Origin: Tidjanibacter sp.
GTDB lineage: Bacteria; Bacteroidota; Bacteroidia; Bacteroidales; Rikenellaceae
Assembly: GCA_017935385.1 (NCBI GenBank)
Contig: JAGBHS010000032.1
Location: forward strand, 1 to 47,416
Reading direction: 5' to 3'
Length of the DNA: 47,416 nt
The notes below the pieces were generated by a model. The model was not told the DNA's origin. It ran no database searches and saw nothing but the letters and a program-made list of their open reading frames with translations. This document shows, in pieces, positions 26,181-37,583 of the stretch (position 1 is its first letter; each line of letters starts with the position of its first letter). The position numbers were made by a program, and so were the translations under genes.

Positions 26181-27629
26181 ATGACTATAAATGAGTTATT
26201 GAACGGATGCGAACAGATTGAATGTCGCGGAGACATGACCACACAGACGTGCGGAGTCGTGTTTGATTCTCGTGCGGTGAAGCAGGGAGACACCTTCTTT
26301 GCCGTCAGAGGAACAACCTCCGACGGACATGACTACATAAAAAGCGCCATAGGAAAAGGTGCCACCGCAATCGTTTGTGAAGAGTTGCCGACAGAGTGTG
26401 CCGACGGAGTATGCTGGGTGCAGGTTACGAACTCGGAGAAAGCGCTGGCTACGGCCGCAGCCAACTTTTATGACAATCCGAGCAGGAAGTTGAAACTCGT
26501 CGGCGTCACGGGCACAAACGGCAAAACCACCATTGCAACACTACTATACGAATTGTTTGAGAAACTGGGTTACAAATGCGGTCTTATCTCAACAGTCGTA
26601 TACAAAATACACGATCGCGACATCATCTCCACACACACCACCCCCGATTCGGTAAGGCTGAATGCCATGTTGGCCGAGATGGTGGAAATTGGTTGCGAAT
26701 ACTGTTTCATGGAGGTCAGTTCGCACAGCATCGTGCAACATCGCATAGGCAACATTCACTTTACGGGCGCGGTGTTCACAAACCTCACTCACGACCATCT
26801 GGATTACCACAAGACATTTGCAGAGTATATCAAAGCAAAGAAAGGGCTGTTTGATGCGCTCCCGAAAGAGAGTTTCGCGCTGGTCAATGCCGACGACAAG
26901 AATGGTTCGGTGATGTTGCAGAACACCAAAGCCAGAGGATATGAGTACTCGCTTCGCGGATGTGGCGACTACAACGCCAAATTGTTGGAGATGACATTTG
27001 AAGGAATGTTACTCGAACTGGACGATGCCCAGATATGGGTGAGATTGCTGGGCCGATTCAATGCCTACAATCTGCTGGCAATATACGCAACCGCCCGACT
27101 GCTGGGAGCCGACAAACAAGAGGTTCTGACGACAATGAGCATGCTGCAACCCGTCAACGGTCGTTTCCAGCACTGCACATCAACCAACGGAGTGACAGCC
27201 ATTATCGATTATGCCCACACACCCGACGCTTTGGCGAACGTGTTGGACACGATAAATGCGATGGATTGTTCGGGAAAGGTCAGTGTGGTGGTCGGATGTG
27301 GCGGCGACAGAGATCGCACGAAACGCCCCGAGATGGCAGCCATAGCGATAGAAAAAGCCGACAGAGCCATCTTCACATCGGACAACCCCCGCACCGAATC
27401 CCCCGACGCAATCATCAACGACATGTTGGAGGGCGTCAAGGGACACACCAACTATCTGGCCATAACGGATCGCAAACAAGCCATCCGCACGGCAGTGATG
27501 ACCGCCTCGAAAGGAGATATCATCCTCATAGCAGGAAAAGGTCATGAAGATTATCAGATAATAGGCAAAGAAAAACTACATTTCTCTGACAAAGAGGTCG
27601 TTACTTCTTTATTCAAAGAGATGGAATAA
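26181..27629 (+). CDS. murE: UDP-MurNAc-tripeptide synthetase (mDAP ligase)
   Basis: GVTGTNGKTT, MEVSSH, DHLDYH, DYAHTPD, SDNPR (DAP specificity), AGKGHE. Confidence 0.97.
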   Translation: MTINELLNGCEQIECRGDMTTQTCGVVFDSRAVKQGDTFFAVRGTTSDGHDYIKSAIGKGATAIVCEELPTECADGVCWVQVTNSEKALATAAANFYDNPSRKLKLVGVTGTNGKTTIATLLYELFEKLGYKCGLISTVVYKIHDRDIISTHTTPDSVRLNAMLAEMVEIGCEYCFMEVSSHSIVQHRIGNIHFTGAVFTNLTHDHLDYHKTFAEYIKAKKGLFDALPKESFALVNADDKNGSVMLQNTKARGYEYSLRGCGDYNAKLLEMTFEGMLLELDDAQIWVRLLGRFNAYNLLAIYATARLLGADKQEVLTTMSMLQPVNGRFQHCTSTNGVTAIIDYAHTPDALANVLDTINAMDCSGKVSVVVGCGGDRDRTKRPEMAAIAIEKADRAIFTSDNPRTESPDAIINDMLEGVKGHTNYLAITDRKQAIRTAVMTASKGDIILIAGKGHEDYQIIGKEKLHFSDKEVVTSLFKEME

Positions 27630-27679
27630 ACCCACACGAAAAGAACACTATTAGAATCACATTAATTAAATAGACAAAA

Positions 27680-28927
27680 ATGCTTTATTCGCTTGTAGAA
27701 TACCTGAACAACCATTTCGACATTCCGGGAGGAGGAATGTTTCAATACATCTCGTTTCGTGCCGTATCGGCCATCATCCTCGCACTATTGATAGGAATCT
27801 GCTTCGGAGATAAAATAATCCATTTTCTCCAAAAGAAACAGATCGGCGAGGAGATCCGTCAGCTGGGACTCGAAGGAGAGAACGCAAAGAAAGGAACACC
27901 GACAATGGGTGGAATCATAATATTGGGCGCCACTCTGATTCCTATTTTGTTACTGGGCGATTTGTCAAACATCTACATTCAGTTGATGATAATAGCTACC
28001 GTATGGTTGGGCCTGCTGGGCTTTTTGGATGATTACATTAAAGTCTTTCGCAAGCACAAGACCGGTCTGAAAGGCAAATTCAAGGTAATCGGTCAGGTAG
28101 GTCTGGGTATTATCGTGGGTTCGGTAATGTGCCTGAGCCAGGACATTGTTGTGGTGGAGCAGATACCGTCGCAGCAAGAAATCACAACAACCATCACCGC
28201 TGACAACAATTATGACTCCAATGTATCTTTGGAAATGCTGGGTAAGAAGAACACCAAAACCACAATCCCGTTCTTGAAAGACAACGAGGCCGACTATCAC
28301 AATCTGGTTCCCGTAAAAGGACAACTGGGCGATATTCTGACCTGGGGATTGTATATACTGATAGCAATCTTTATCATCACCGCCGTATCAAACGGAGCCA
28401 ATCTTACGGACGGTCTTGATGGTCTGTCGGCAGGTGTATCGGCCATAGTGGTGGTGGTTCTTGGAGTGCTGGCCTACCTGTCGGGTAACGTCATCTACTC
28501 CGACTATCTGAACATTATGTACATCCCATACAGCGGCGAGTTGACGGTCTATGCCACGGCCTTGGTGGGCGCACTGATCGCCTTCCTGTGGTTCAACTGC
28601 CACCCCGCACAAGTATTTATGGGCGATACGGGCAGTTTGGCCTTGGGGGGAATCATCGCCGTGTTCGCGCTGTTGATACGCAAAGAGTTGTTGTTGCCTC
28701 TGTTGTGCGGAATATTCCTCATAGAGGCGCTGTCGGTAATCATTCAGGTGACGTACTTCAAGTACACAAAGAAGAAATACGGAGAAGGCCGACGCATCTT
28801 CCTCATGTCACCCATCCATCACCACTATCAGAAAAAAGGCATGCCTGAAACCAAAATAGTGATTCGATTCTGGATTATTCAGATTCTGCTGGCAGCAATG
28901 ACATTGGTAACCCTCAAAATCAGATAA
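27680..28927 (+). CDS. mraY: Phospho-MurNAc-pentapeptide transferase
   Basis: [34 protein letters not shown]. Confidence 0.97.
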   Translation: MLYSLVEYLNNHFDIPGGGMFQYISFRAVSAIILALLIGICFGDKIIHFLQKKQIGEEIRQLGLEGENAKKGTPTMGGIIILGATLIPILLLGDLSNIYIQLMIIATVWLGLLGFLDDYIKVFRKHKTGLKGKFKVIGQVGLGIIVGSVMCLSQDIVVVEQIPSQQEITTTITADNNYDSNVSLEMLGKKNTKTTIPFLKDNEADYHNLVPVKGQLGDILTWGLYILIAIFIITAVSNGANLTDGLDGLSAGVSAIVVVVLGVLAYLSGNVIYSDYLNIMYIPYSGELTVYATALVGALIAFLWFNCHPAQVFMGDTGSLALGGIIAVFALLIRKELLLPLLCGIFLIEALSVIIQVTYFKYTKKKYGEGRRIFLMSPIHHHYQKKGMPETKIVIRFWIIQILLAAMTLVTLKIR

Positions 28928-28933
28928 CAAACG

Positions 28934-30256
28934 ATGGCAAGAGCAGTAATATTGGGTGGCGGCGAGAGCGGATTCGGCTCGGCCGTACTGGCAAAGAGCA
29001 AGGGTTTTGATACGTTTCTTTCCGATAGCGGCAAGATAGCGGAGAAATATGTGACCAAACTCGAAGAGTATGGCATCTGCTACGAGCAGGGCGGCCATAC
29101 GGAGGAGTTGATACTGAATGCGGATGTTGTGATAAAGAGTCCCGGTATTCCCGACAAGGCCCCCATGGTGAAGGCTTTGCGCGAGAAAGGGGTGGAGATA
29201 ATCTCCGAGATAGAGTTCGCAGGACGCTACACCAAAGGTAAAACGGTATGCATAACGGGCTCAAACGGCAAAACCACGACCACCACCCTTACTCACAGAA
29301 TATTTGTTGATGCAGGTTACGATGTGGCGGTAGGCGGCAACATAGGAGAGAGTTTTGCCTTCACGGTGGCAACGGCCGACAAGGAGTGGTATGTATTGGA
29401 ATTGAGCAGTTTCCAGCTGGACGGTTGCTACTCGTTCAGAGCCGATACGGCGGTGTTGATGAATATCACGCCCGACCATCTGGACCGATATGAATACAAG
29501 TTTCAGAACTATATTGACAGCAAGATGCGCGTAATCCGCAATCAGAGTTCAGCCGACACGTTCATCTACTGCGCCGACGACCCTGCAACGATGCAAGAGA
29601 TGGCTAAAATCACACCGCCGATGCAATGCGTTGCATTCGGCAAACAATATATCGACAGCGACGGAATGATTCACATTGAGGCCGCCGGTCGCAAAATGGT
29701 GCTTGACAGCAAGCAGATACAAATAAAAGGTCTGCACAATTATTACAACGTCATGGCCGCAGCATCAGCGGCACTGACGGCAGGCATCGCGGCAGAGAGC
29801 ATTGAGAAGTCGGTGTATTCGTTCGAAGGAGTGGAGCACCGCTTGGAGAAAGTGGCAACCATAAACGGCGTTGAATACATCAATGACTCGAAAGCCACAA
29901 ATGTAGACTCGGTATGGTATGCATTGGAGAGCATGACAAAACCAACGATATGGATCGCGGGCGGAACCGACAAAGGCAATGACTATGAACCGTTGCGCGG
30001 ATTCGTGGAGCAGAAAGTAAAGGCATTGGTCTGTATGGGTGTGGACAATAAGAAATTGGTGGATTATTTCGGTGGAATCGTTCCCGTATATGATACCAAT
30101 TCGTTAGAGGAGGCGATGAAGGCATGTCGCGAAATAGCCACAGAGGGAGATACGGTGTTGTTGTCACCCGCCTGTGCAAGTTTCGACCTTTTCAAGAGCT
30201 ACGAGGACAGAGGTCGCAAATTCAAAGCCGCCGTATTGGAGGAGGAGAACAAGTAA
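28934..30256 (+). CDS. murD: UDP-MurNAc-L-Ala:D-Glu ligase
   Basis: KSPGIP, ITGSNGKTTTT, ELSSFQL, DHLDRY, NDSKATN, SPACASFD. Confidence 0.97.
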   Translation: MARAVILGGGESGFGSAVLAKSKGFDTFLSDSGKIAEKYVTKLEEYGICYEQGGHTEELILNADVVIKSPGIPDKAPMVKALREKGVEIISEIEFAGRYTKGKTVCITGSNGKTTTTTLTHRIFVDAGYDVAVGGNIGESFAFTVATADKEWYVLELSSFQLDGCYSFRADTAVLMNITPDHLDRYEYKFQNYIDSKMRVIRNQSSADTFIYCADDPATMQEMAKITPPMQCVAFGKQYIDSDGMIHIEAAGRKMVLDSKQIQIKGLHNYYNVMAAASAALTAGIAAESIEKSVYSFEGVEHRLEKVATINGVEYINDSKATNVDSVWYALESMTKPTIWIAGGTDKGNDYEPLRGFVEQKVKALVCMGVDNKKLVDYFGGIVPVYDTNSLEEAMKACREIATEGDTVLLSPACASFDLFKSYEDRGRKFKAAVLEEENK

Positions 30257-30275
30257 CAACGAAAAAGCTGTAAAG

Positions 30276-31556
30276 ATGGACGAAAACAGAGATAACGGGA
30301 AAAGAAACAAAATACTGAATCTGCTTTTCGGAGGAGACAAAGCATTGTGGGTGGTGGTGATAGCGCTACTCATAATCTCTGTATTTGTCTCCTATTCATC
30401 CATGGCATACAAGGAGAGTATCTCTTCTACGGCCCAACTGATCAACCAGTTGAAACTTGTGGGATTGGGCCTGGTAGCCTGCTATCTCGTGCAACTCTTC
30501 AAGTATCAGACATACAGACGCTGGACAAAGTTTTTCTTTTGGATCGCCTTGGGCCTGACAATATATATGCTGGTGGCGGGCGACGTGGTTCATGGCACAA
30601 CGGTAAGACGCAACATCACCATCTTCGGATTCAGTTTCCAGCCGTTCGAGATGTTGAAAATAACCATAGTCCTCATGCTGGCCGACGCACTATCCAGACG
30701 ACACAAGATTATCGACAAGGAGTCTATGGTGCCCAGTCTGAGCATATCGGAATGGAGAACAAACAAAGAAAAAAATCTTGACATATTGTTTAAGCACACT
30801 CTGCCGTTGTTGTTGCCCGTAATATTGTCATGTCTGGTGACCATACGAACCAGCAACTCCACAACCGCCATCATTGTAATGGTGTGTGGCATTATGTTGT
30901 TCCTGGGTCGCATGCAAAAAAAGGATTTGGGTAAGTTGGTGATATTGGGAAGTATTGTATTGGCAATAATCCTGATATTCATGGGAGGTAGAACTGATAC
31001 GGGACAGAGTCGTATCGCCAAGTTTGAGGGCAACATGCTGGTCGCTTACGAGGATCCCGATCGTCCGGGCTTCTACCACAATCCCAACGAGATGCCCCAA
31101 TCGATGCACGCAAAACAGGCAGTGGCGGCAGGAAAAATCATAGGACGCGGTCCGGGTATGAGCACCCACCGTTCGGTATTGGAAGAGGCAGAGTCAGATA
31201 TGGCCTACTCGTTCCTGATAGAGGAATATGGCCTTATCGGCGGTTTGGTGGTGTTACTACTCTATCTGACACTGTTTTATCGTGCCATTGAGATTTTCAA
31301 ACGATGCGGAACAGCCTTTCCGAGTCTGATGGTTCTCGGACTGGCCATGATGATCACCTGTCAGGCCATAATCCACATGATGGTGTCGGTGTCACTGATG
31401 CCCATCACGGGACAGCAACTACCGCTTATCAGCAACGGAGGCTCTTCGCTGATATTCACAATGGCCTCTCTCGGCATGATACTGAAAGTGAGTCGTCAGG
31501 TTGAAGAAAAGACCATTGACGCATCGAAAGACGAAACAATGTTTGAGAAACAATAG
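30276..31556 (+). CDS. ftsW: SEDS peptidoglycan polymerase FtsW
   Basis: Probable start ATG 30276; FQPFE, ESDMAYSFLIEEYG, PITGQQLPLISNGGSS; dcw position. Confidence 0.9.
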   Translation: MDENRDNGKRNKILNLLFGGDKALWVVVIALLIISVFVSYSSMAYKESISSTAQLINQLKLVGLGLVACYLVQLFKYQTYRRWTKFFFWIALGLTIYMLVAGDVVHGTTVRRNITIFGFSFQPFEMLKITIVLMLADALSRRHKIIDKESMVPSLSISEWRTNKEKNLDILFKHTLPLLLPVILSCLVTIRTSNSTTAIIVMVCGIMLFLGRMQKKDLGKLVILGSIVLAIILIFMGGRTDTGQSRIAKFEGNMLVAYEDPDRPGFYHNPNEMPQSMHAKQAVAAGKIIGRGPGMSTHRSVLEEAESDMAYSFLIEEYGLIGGLVVLLLYLTLFYRAIEIFKRCGTAFPSLMVLGLAMMITCQAIIHMMVSVSLMPITGQQLPLISNGGSSLIFTMASLGMILKVSRQVEEKTIDASKDETMFEKQ

Positions 31557-31577
31557 AGTCAGGACAGTCGCAAGAAT

Positions 31578-32708
31578 ATGAGTGAAAACAACATAAAGAT
31601 GAACAAGAAAATAAGAGTAATATTGAGTGGAGGCGGCACGGGAGGTCACATCTACCCCGCAGTAGCCACAGCAGAAGCCCTACAAAGAGTCTTTGGCGAC
31701 AAAGTGGATATTCTCTTTGTGGGTGCCGAAGGCAAAATGGAGATGGAGAAAATTCCTGCACTCGGATATGAGATTAAAGGTCTGCCCGTAACGGGACTGT
31801 ACAGAAAGCTCGATTTGCGAAACTTTGCCCTTCCGTTCAAAGTGGTGAAGAGTCTGAACAAGGCACGCAAAATAGTGAAAGAGTTCCGACCCGACGTAGT
31901 GGCAGGATTCGGAGGCTATGCAAGTGCGCCGATACTCTGGGCAGCACAGAACATGGGAATCCCTACCCTGATTCAGGAACAGAACTCCTATGCAGGCATG
32001 ACCAACAAAATCCTCTCACGCAGAGCCCGTCGCATCTGTGTGTCGTATGAGGGCATGGAGAGATTTTTCCCGGGTGACAAAATAGTGCTTACGGGCAACC
32101 CTTTACGAGGTCGTTTCGGAGAGGAGGTTTCGCACGAGGAAGCTTTGGCACACTTCGGTCTGACGGCAGAGCTTCCGGTGGTTTTGGTGGTAGGCGGTTC
32201 GCTTGGCACCCGCACACTGAACAATATGATGAAGAAATGGGCAGACCACATCTCTGAAAGCGGCAAAATGCAGGTCATTTGGCAGAACGGCAAATTCTAC
32301 GATGCGGAGATGAGTGAATTCATGTCCACCCGTAGCGGTCGTAACATCTGGCGCGGAGCCTTCATCAATCGCATGGATTATGCCTACGAGGCGGCCGACA
32401 TTGTAGTGTCGCGTTCGGGCGCATGTTCGGTGTCGGAGTTGTGTCTGGTCGGCAAGCCCACTGTATTTGTTCCCTCGCCCAACGTGGCCGAGGATCATCA
32501 GACAAAGAATGCCCGCGCACTCTCGGAAAAAAATGCGGCAATTCTGGCACCCGACGCCACCGCAGTTGATGAGGTGATTCCGATGGTGGAAAAGTTGCTG
32601 ACGGAACCCGAGAAACTGAATGAAATTTCAAAAAATATACGTAAACTTGCAATAGACGATTCGGCAGAAAGAGTGGCCAAAGAGATATTTGCTCTAATAA
32701 AAAAATAA
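31578..32708 (+). CDS. murG: Lipid II GlcNAc transferase
   Basis: GGGTGGHIYP, GFGGYAS, QEQNS, TGNPLR, GGSLG, DHQTKNA. Confidence 0.97.
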   Translation: MSENNIKMNKKIRVILSGGGTGGHIYPAVATAEALQRVFGDKVDILFVGAEGKMEMEKIPALGYEIKGLPVTGLYRKLDLRNFALPFKVVKSLNKARKIVKEFRPDVVAGFGGYASAPILWAAQNMGIPTLIQEQNSYAGMTNKILSRRARRICVSYEGMERFFPGDKIVLTGNPLRGRFGEEVSHEEALAHFGLTAELPVVLVVGGSLGTRTLNNMMKKWADHISESGKMQVIWQNGKFYDAEMSEFMSTRSGRNIWRGAFINRMDYAYEAADIVVSRSGACSVSELCLVGKPTVFVPSPNVAEDHQTKNARALSEKNAAILAPDATAVDEVIPMVEKLLTEPEKLNEISKNIRKLAIDDSAERVAKEIFALIKK

Positions 32709-32720
32709 GGAGAACAGAAG

Positions 32721-34097
32721 ATGTACACGAGTATCTATTTCGTAGGAATAGGCGGTATAGGCATGAGTGCCATAGCACGATATTTTTTGCACGAGGGCAA
32801 AAAAGTGGGTGGTTATGACCGCACCCAAACCGCACTGACAAGCGCATTGGAGAAAGAGGGCGCCGAAATCCACTATTCGGATGACACGGCTCTGATTGGA
32901 GAGGATTTTCGCAATCCACTCGAAACACTCATTATATACACTCCGGCCATTCCGCAAAGCCTCAGAGAATTGGCCTATTTCAGGCGCAAAGGATATAAAA
33001 TCATAAAACGTTCGGAGGCACTCGGTCAGTTGTCCGAGGGTAAATATGTGATGGCAGTATCCGGAACTCATGGCAAAACCACCACCTCAACCATGGTGGC
33101 GTGGTTGAACAAGAGTATCGGAGCCGACGGATCGGCTTTCTTGGGAGGCATATCGGCCAACTTTGGCAGCAATCTGGCCCTCGGAAAGGGAAATCGTTTT
33201 GCGGTGGAGGCCGACGAATATGACCGTTCGTTCCTGCGCCTGCATCCCGACATTGCGGTTGTAACCTCGGTGGAAGCCGACCATCTCGACATTTACGGCA
33301 CCTACGAGAATGTGAAGAAAGCCTTCTCGCAGTTCATCAGCCAGATTAAAGAGGGTGGCACGCTGATCATAAAGAAAGGTATAGATGTTGCCATAGAGAA
33401 CAGCGGCATCAAGGTGTATCGCTACTCGGCAGACGAGGAGAGTGACTTCTATGCTCGCGACATAGAACTGGGTGCGGATGGTCTGTTCAGATTTGACGTG
33501 GTTTGTCCCGACCGAGTTATAGAGGGCTGCAAACTGGGTATTATGGGTCGTATAAATGTGGAGAATGCCGTGGCGGCAGTAGCCTCAATATGGGCGGCAG
33601 GAGATTTCGATGAGGCACGACTGAAAGAGGGATTAGAACAATTCCGAGGAGTGAAACGTCGTTTCGAATGCTACATCAACACCCCCGAGACGGTCTATAT
33701 AGACGACTATGCTCATCATCCGTCAGAGGTGAAAGCGGCAATAACAACCATAAAAGAGGTATTTAAGGGTCGAAAGGTGACTGTCATCTTCCAGCCCCAT
33801 CTCTACACCCGCACACGCGATTTCCACGAAGAGTTTGCCGAGGCTCTCTCTTTGGCTAATCAGGTCTATCTGTTGCCCATCTATCCGGCACGAGAAGAGC
33901 CTATCCCGGGTGTTTCGTCCAAAATGATATCCGAAAAAGTAAATGCCGTTGTGAAGCGAGTTCAGAAAGACAAACTGCTGGAAGAACTGGCCGATATTCA
34001 CACAGATATTGTCGTAACTCTCGGCGCGGGCGACATCGACAAGTTATGTGTAACCATAGCCGAAATATTGAAAAACAAATTGAAGAAAGCGGAATAA
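32721..34097 (+). CDS. murC: UDP-MurNAc:L-Ala ligase
   Basis: GIGGIGMSAIA, GTHGKTTTS, EADEYD, DDYAHHPSE, FQPHLYTRT. Confidence 0.97.
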   Translation: MYTSIYFVGIGGIGMSAIARYFLHEGKKVGGYDRTQTALTSALEKEGAEIHYSDDTALIGEDFRNPLETLIIYTPAIPQSLRELAYFRRKGYKIIKRSEALGQLSEGKYVMAVSGTHGKTTTSTMVAWLNKSIGADGSAFLGGISANFGSNLALGKGNRFAVEADEYDRSFLRLHPDIAVVTSVEADHLDIYGTYENVKKAFSQFISQIKEGGTLIIKKGIDVAIENSGIKVYRYSADEESDFYARDIELGADGLFRFDVVCPDRVIEGCKLGIMGRINVENAVAAVASIWAAGDFDEARLKEGLEQFRGVKRRFECYINTPETVYIDDYAHHPSEVKAAITTIKEVFKGRKVTVIFQPHLYTRTRDFHEEFAEALSLANQVYLLPIYPAREEPIPGVSSKMISEKVNAVVKRVQKDKLLEELADIHTDIVVTLGAGDIDKLCVTIAEILKNKLKKAE

Positions 34098-34098
34098 G

Positions 34099-34935
34099 AT
34101 GTGGCGTAAGATATTGAAAATATTCTTACTTGTATTGTTCTGGGGAGCAACGGGATACTACGTGTGGTGGTCCATTGGAGTGGGACGTGCCGCTACGGAG
34201 CAGATTGTCGTGAACAAGCTCGACATCCGCGTTACCGACAGCAATACGATAAACATCATCACCGCCAACATGGTGCGTACATGGCTTATTGACGGAGGTC
34301 TCAATCCAATCGGCAAACAAGTAGACAAAGTGCCGACAGCCGAAATCAATAAATACATAAAATCAAATCCTTTTGTCGGCTCCGTCAAGAGTGTAGTCAA
34401 CTACAACGGCCAGATGGATATCACACTATCGCAACGAAAACCCGTTTTCAGGGTGAACAATGCGGCCGGTTACTCATTCTATTACACCGATGACGGCCAC
34501 ATCGTCCCCACTACCCACTACTCGGCACACTATCTGCCCGTAGTGACCGGAGACTTCACCCTTCCGTTCGACAAAGAATTTACGGGCGAATTGGAAAGTT
34601 TTATTGCGGAAAACAAAAAAAATAGTGACAAAAACTATATTTTTCTATGCAAACTGATTAAATTTGTAAGACACATATCAAATGATGCGTTTTGGGACTC
34701 GGAAATCGTACAAATCTGTGTTTCTCAATCATCAAACGGCCCATCAGACGAGCCGGAAGTGGAACTGATACCCCGCATAGGCGACAACGTCATAATGCTC
34801 GGTACGCTTGATGATTTTAAAGACAAGATGGAACGTCTGCACTCATTCTACATCAACGCTCAAAGTTGGGAGGGATGGCAGACAGGCGGATATCTGAACC
34901 TGAAATATGACAACCAGATAGTTTGCACAAAATAA
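34099..34935 (+). CDS. ftsQ: FtsQ/DivIB-like protein
   Basis: N-terminal TM, QRKPVFRV, LNLKYDNQIVCTK; position between murC and ftsA. Confidence 0.8.
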   Translation: MWRKILKIFLLVLFWGATGYYVWWSIGVGRAATEQIVVNKLDIRVTDSNTINIITANMVRTWLIDGGLNPIGKQVDKVPTAEINKYIKSNPFVGSVKSVVNYNGQMDITLSQRKPVFRVNNAAGYSFYYTDDGHIVPTTHYSAHYLPVVTGDFTLPFDKEFTGELESFIAENKKNSDKNYIFLCKLIKFVRHISNDAFWDSEIVQICVSQSSNGPSDEPEVELIPRIGDNVIMLGTLDDFKDKMERLHSFYINAQSWEGWQTGGYLNLKYDNQIVCTK

Positions 34936-34952
34936 CAAAAAAGATAGATATA

Positions 34953-36260
34953 ATGATGGAATACAACAGTCACATAACTGCCATAGATTTGGGAAGCAGC
35001 AACCTGGTAGCCGCCGTGGGCGTAATGAACGCAGAGGGGAAGCTGGAAGTGAAAGACATGGTGATAAAACCGATGGAAGGCATTACTCTCGGCGACTTGG
35101 CCAATATTGAGTATGTTACCGTAGCACTGAAAGAGGCGTTGAATGAGTTGGGACAGAGAAACCATATCGAAATAAAAGAGGCCTACATCAGCATATCGGG
35201 CAAGGATATACAGTGTACCAACAACTCTTATTTCGTATATGTGGGTAGCGACGGCGAGATAAAGAACGAAGATCTCTACAATCTGTGCGAAAACATGAAT
35301 AACGTTCAACCCCCGTTGGGCAAAATATTCCTCGACAGATTCCCCATCAGTTACACGGTAGATTCGGCAGAACAGACAAAAAATCCGGTGGGTATGTTCG
35401 GTCGCCGACTGGGCGCAACATACAACTTCATTGTGGCTCCGCAGAGCTACATCGACCGTCTGAACAAGGCGCTCGACAGAGTGGATCTGAAATGCAAGAA
35501 GTTCATCCCTACCCCCATGGCTGCCGCATATGCAGTAACCACAGAGGACGAAAGAGAGATGGGTTCGGCGGTTGTGAACATCGGTAGCGGCACTACCGAC
35601 ATCTGTATCTGGCACGACAATGTCATTAAATACATGGCAGTTATTCCGTTGGGTTCGGAGGCTATCAACAGCGACATCCGTTCTACCTCTATCCCCAATC
35701 GCTACATAGAGAAACTGAAAACCAAACATGGTTATGCTTCGGCAGCAGCCATTCCTGAGGACAGGGCAAAACTCTCTATAAAACTGCCCGGCCGTACACA
35801 GAAAGAGTCGAAAATCATCTCTTATTACGATTTATCGACTCTCATAGAATCGCGCATGTTGCAGATTATCGGCTATGTAATGGACGAAATAAAAGATTCT
35901 CAATTGGGAGAGCAGCTGGCCGCGGGAATAATACTGACAGGCGGTGGAGCAAAACTGAACGGAGTGGATGCACTGTTCAAGGAACATAGCGGTTATGAAG
36001 TACGACTCGGCTCAATAGAGTATGATCTGTCGGAGAAATCGGTAGCCGAGATTGAGATGCCCGAGGCCTCAACCGCAGCAGGCATGCTCTTCATGAGTTT
36101 CAAAGAGAGCAATCTGACAACATACGAGGAACCCATAATAAAACATATTACGGATGATACGCCCACCCCATCGGAGCCCAAACAAAGCTGGTGGCAGAAA
36201 CTGCTCAACAAAACTCTGGGCGAAGAGTCAATAAACGAAAACAACGAACAATACGATTAA
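34953..36260 (+). CDS. ftsA: Cell division protein FtsA
   Basis: AIDLGSS, NIGSGTTD, EKLKTKHG, ILTGGGAKL; probable start ATG 34953. Confidence 0.9.
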   Translation: MMEYNSHITAIDLGSSNLVAAVGVMNAEGKLEVKDMVIKPMEGITLGDLANIEYVTVALKEALNELGQRNHIEIKEAYISISGKDIQCTNNSYFVYVGSDGEIKNEDLYNLCENMNNVQPPLGKIFLDRFPISYTVDSAEQTKNPVGMFGRRLGATYNFIVAPQSYIDRLNKALDRVDLKCKKFIPTPMAAAYAVTTEDEREMGSAVVNIGSGTTDICIWHDNVIKYMAVIPLGSEAINSDIRSTSIPNRYIEKLKTKHGYASAAAIPEDRAKLSIKLPGRTQKESKIISYYDLSTLIESRMLQIIGYVMDEIKDSQLGEQLAAGIILTGGGAKLNGVDALFKEHSGYEVRLGSIEYDLSEKSVAEIEMPEASTAAGMLFMSFKESNLTTYEEPIIKHITDDTPTPSEPKQSWWQKLLNKTLGEESINENNEQYD

Positions 36261-36272
36261 AACAGAGGTATT

Positions 36273-37538
36273 ATGAGTAACGATAACTTGGAGATACTGA
36301 ACGCCATAACGTTTGAGAAGAAAAAACCGTCTATCATCACAGTGATGGGCGTGGGTGGAGCAGGCGGAAACGCTGTGAACCACATGCACGAACTCGGAAT
36401 TGAAGGAGTAACTTTCATGATTTGCAATACGGACGGACAAGCATTGAGAAAGAGTCCGGTTGAGTTGCAGATTCAATTGGGTACCGGTTTGGGCGCAGGA
36501 AACAATCCTGAAATTGGAAGTCAGGCCGCCCTGGAAAGCCTTAATGACATCATGTACCACTTTGAGGAACAAGGTACCGAGATGGTGTTCATCACTGCCG
36601 GCATGGGTGGCGGAACAGGAACAGGAGCTGCCCCCGTTATCGCCAAAGCCGCCAAAGACAGAGGTATTCTGACGGTCGGTATCACCACCCTTCCCTTCCT
36701 TGCTGAGGGCAAAAAGAGAGTGGAGCAGGCGTACAAAGGTCTTGAAAAATTGAACGAAAATGTGGATGCTCTAGTTGTAATCCACAACGACAATATTGCG
36801 AAAATATACGGTCAGTTGCCTTTCGAGGAGGCTTTCGGCAAGGCCGACGATGTGTTGGCAATAGCCGCCAAAGGTATTGCAGAACTTATCACACGTCATG
36901 GTTTGGTAAACGTCGACTTCGCCGATGTCAAGGCAGTCATGCTCAATAGCGGAATGGCTCTTACGGGTTCGGCAAGAGCTTCGGGCCCCAACAAAATTGA
37001 CACGGTGGTGAATGAGGCACTGAACTCTCCGTTGCTCAACCAGCAGGACATCAGAGGTGCCAAAGACATCCTTATCAATATCTCCTACGGTGGAGGTAAC
37101 AGCCTTACCTTCGGCGAGGCAACACAGATCTTGGAGATGATTCAGAAACGTGTTGGTGGTCGCAGCAGCAACTTCCTCGATGCAGCAAACCTCATTTGGG
37201 GAGCAGGCAGAAACTCCGTATTGGCCGAAGACGAGATAGAACTGACGATTGTTGCAACAGGTTTTGAGTCGGTACACCCCATAACAATGGCGACACATCC
37301 TCAGATGCGCAAATCGGACAATAACGAAGAACAAATGCCTCCGAAAGAGGTGCTGATTGTTCCGGAGAAAAACCGATATGAGGATATTGAGAAAGTGTGG
37401 GCACAGCCGGCATATCTGGCCCAGAACAAGAAACTGTGGGATAGCACAAACAGCACAACCCGTTCGGTGGAGATGAAAAACGAACCTGGCGAACAGGAAG
37501 ACCACAACCATGCCGACAATGGAGATTTGTTCTCTTAA
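36273..37538 (+). CDS. ftsZ: Cell division GTPase FtsZ
   Basis: GVGGAGGNAV, GAGNNP, AGMGGGTGTGAAP, NVDFADV. Confidence 0.98.
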   Translation: MSNDNLEILNAITFEKKKPSIITVMGVGGAGGNAVNHMHELGIEGVTFMICNTDGQALRKSPVELQIQLGTGLGAGNNPEIGSQAALESLNDIMYHFEEQGTEMVFITAGMGGGTGTGAAPVIAKAAKDRGILTVGITTLPFLAEGKKRVEQAYKGLEKLNENVDALVVIHNDNIAKIYGQLPFEEAFGKADDVLAIAAKGIAELITRHGLVNVDFADVKAVMLNSGMALTGSARASGPNKIDTVVNEALNSPLLNQQDIRGAKDILINISYGGGNSLTFGEATQILEMIQKRVGGRSSNFLDAANLIWGAGRNSVLAEDEIELTIVATGFESVHPITMATHPQMRKSDNNEEQMPPKEVLIVPEKNRYEDIEKVWAQPAYLAQNKKLWDSTNSTTRSVEMKNEPGEQEDHNHADNGDLFS

Positions 37539-37583
37539 TTGAGAAGCAACACAACAGAACAAGGATTAAACTGAATAAAAGAA

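Noticed and set aside
27630-27679. murF missing from the dcw cluster
   Set aside because: Normal for Bacteroidales, where murF lies elsewhere
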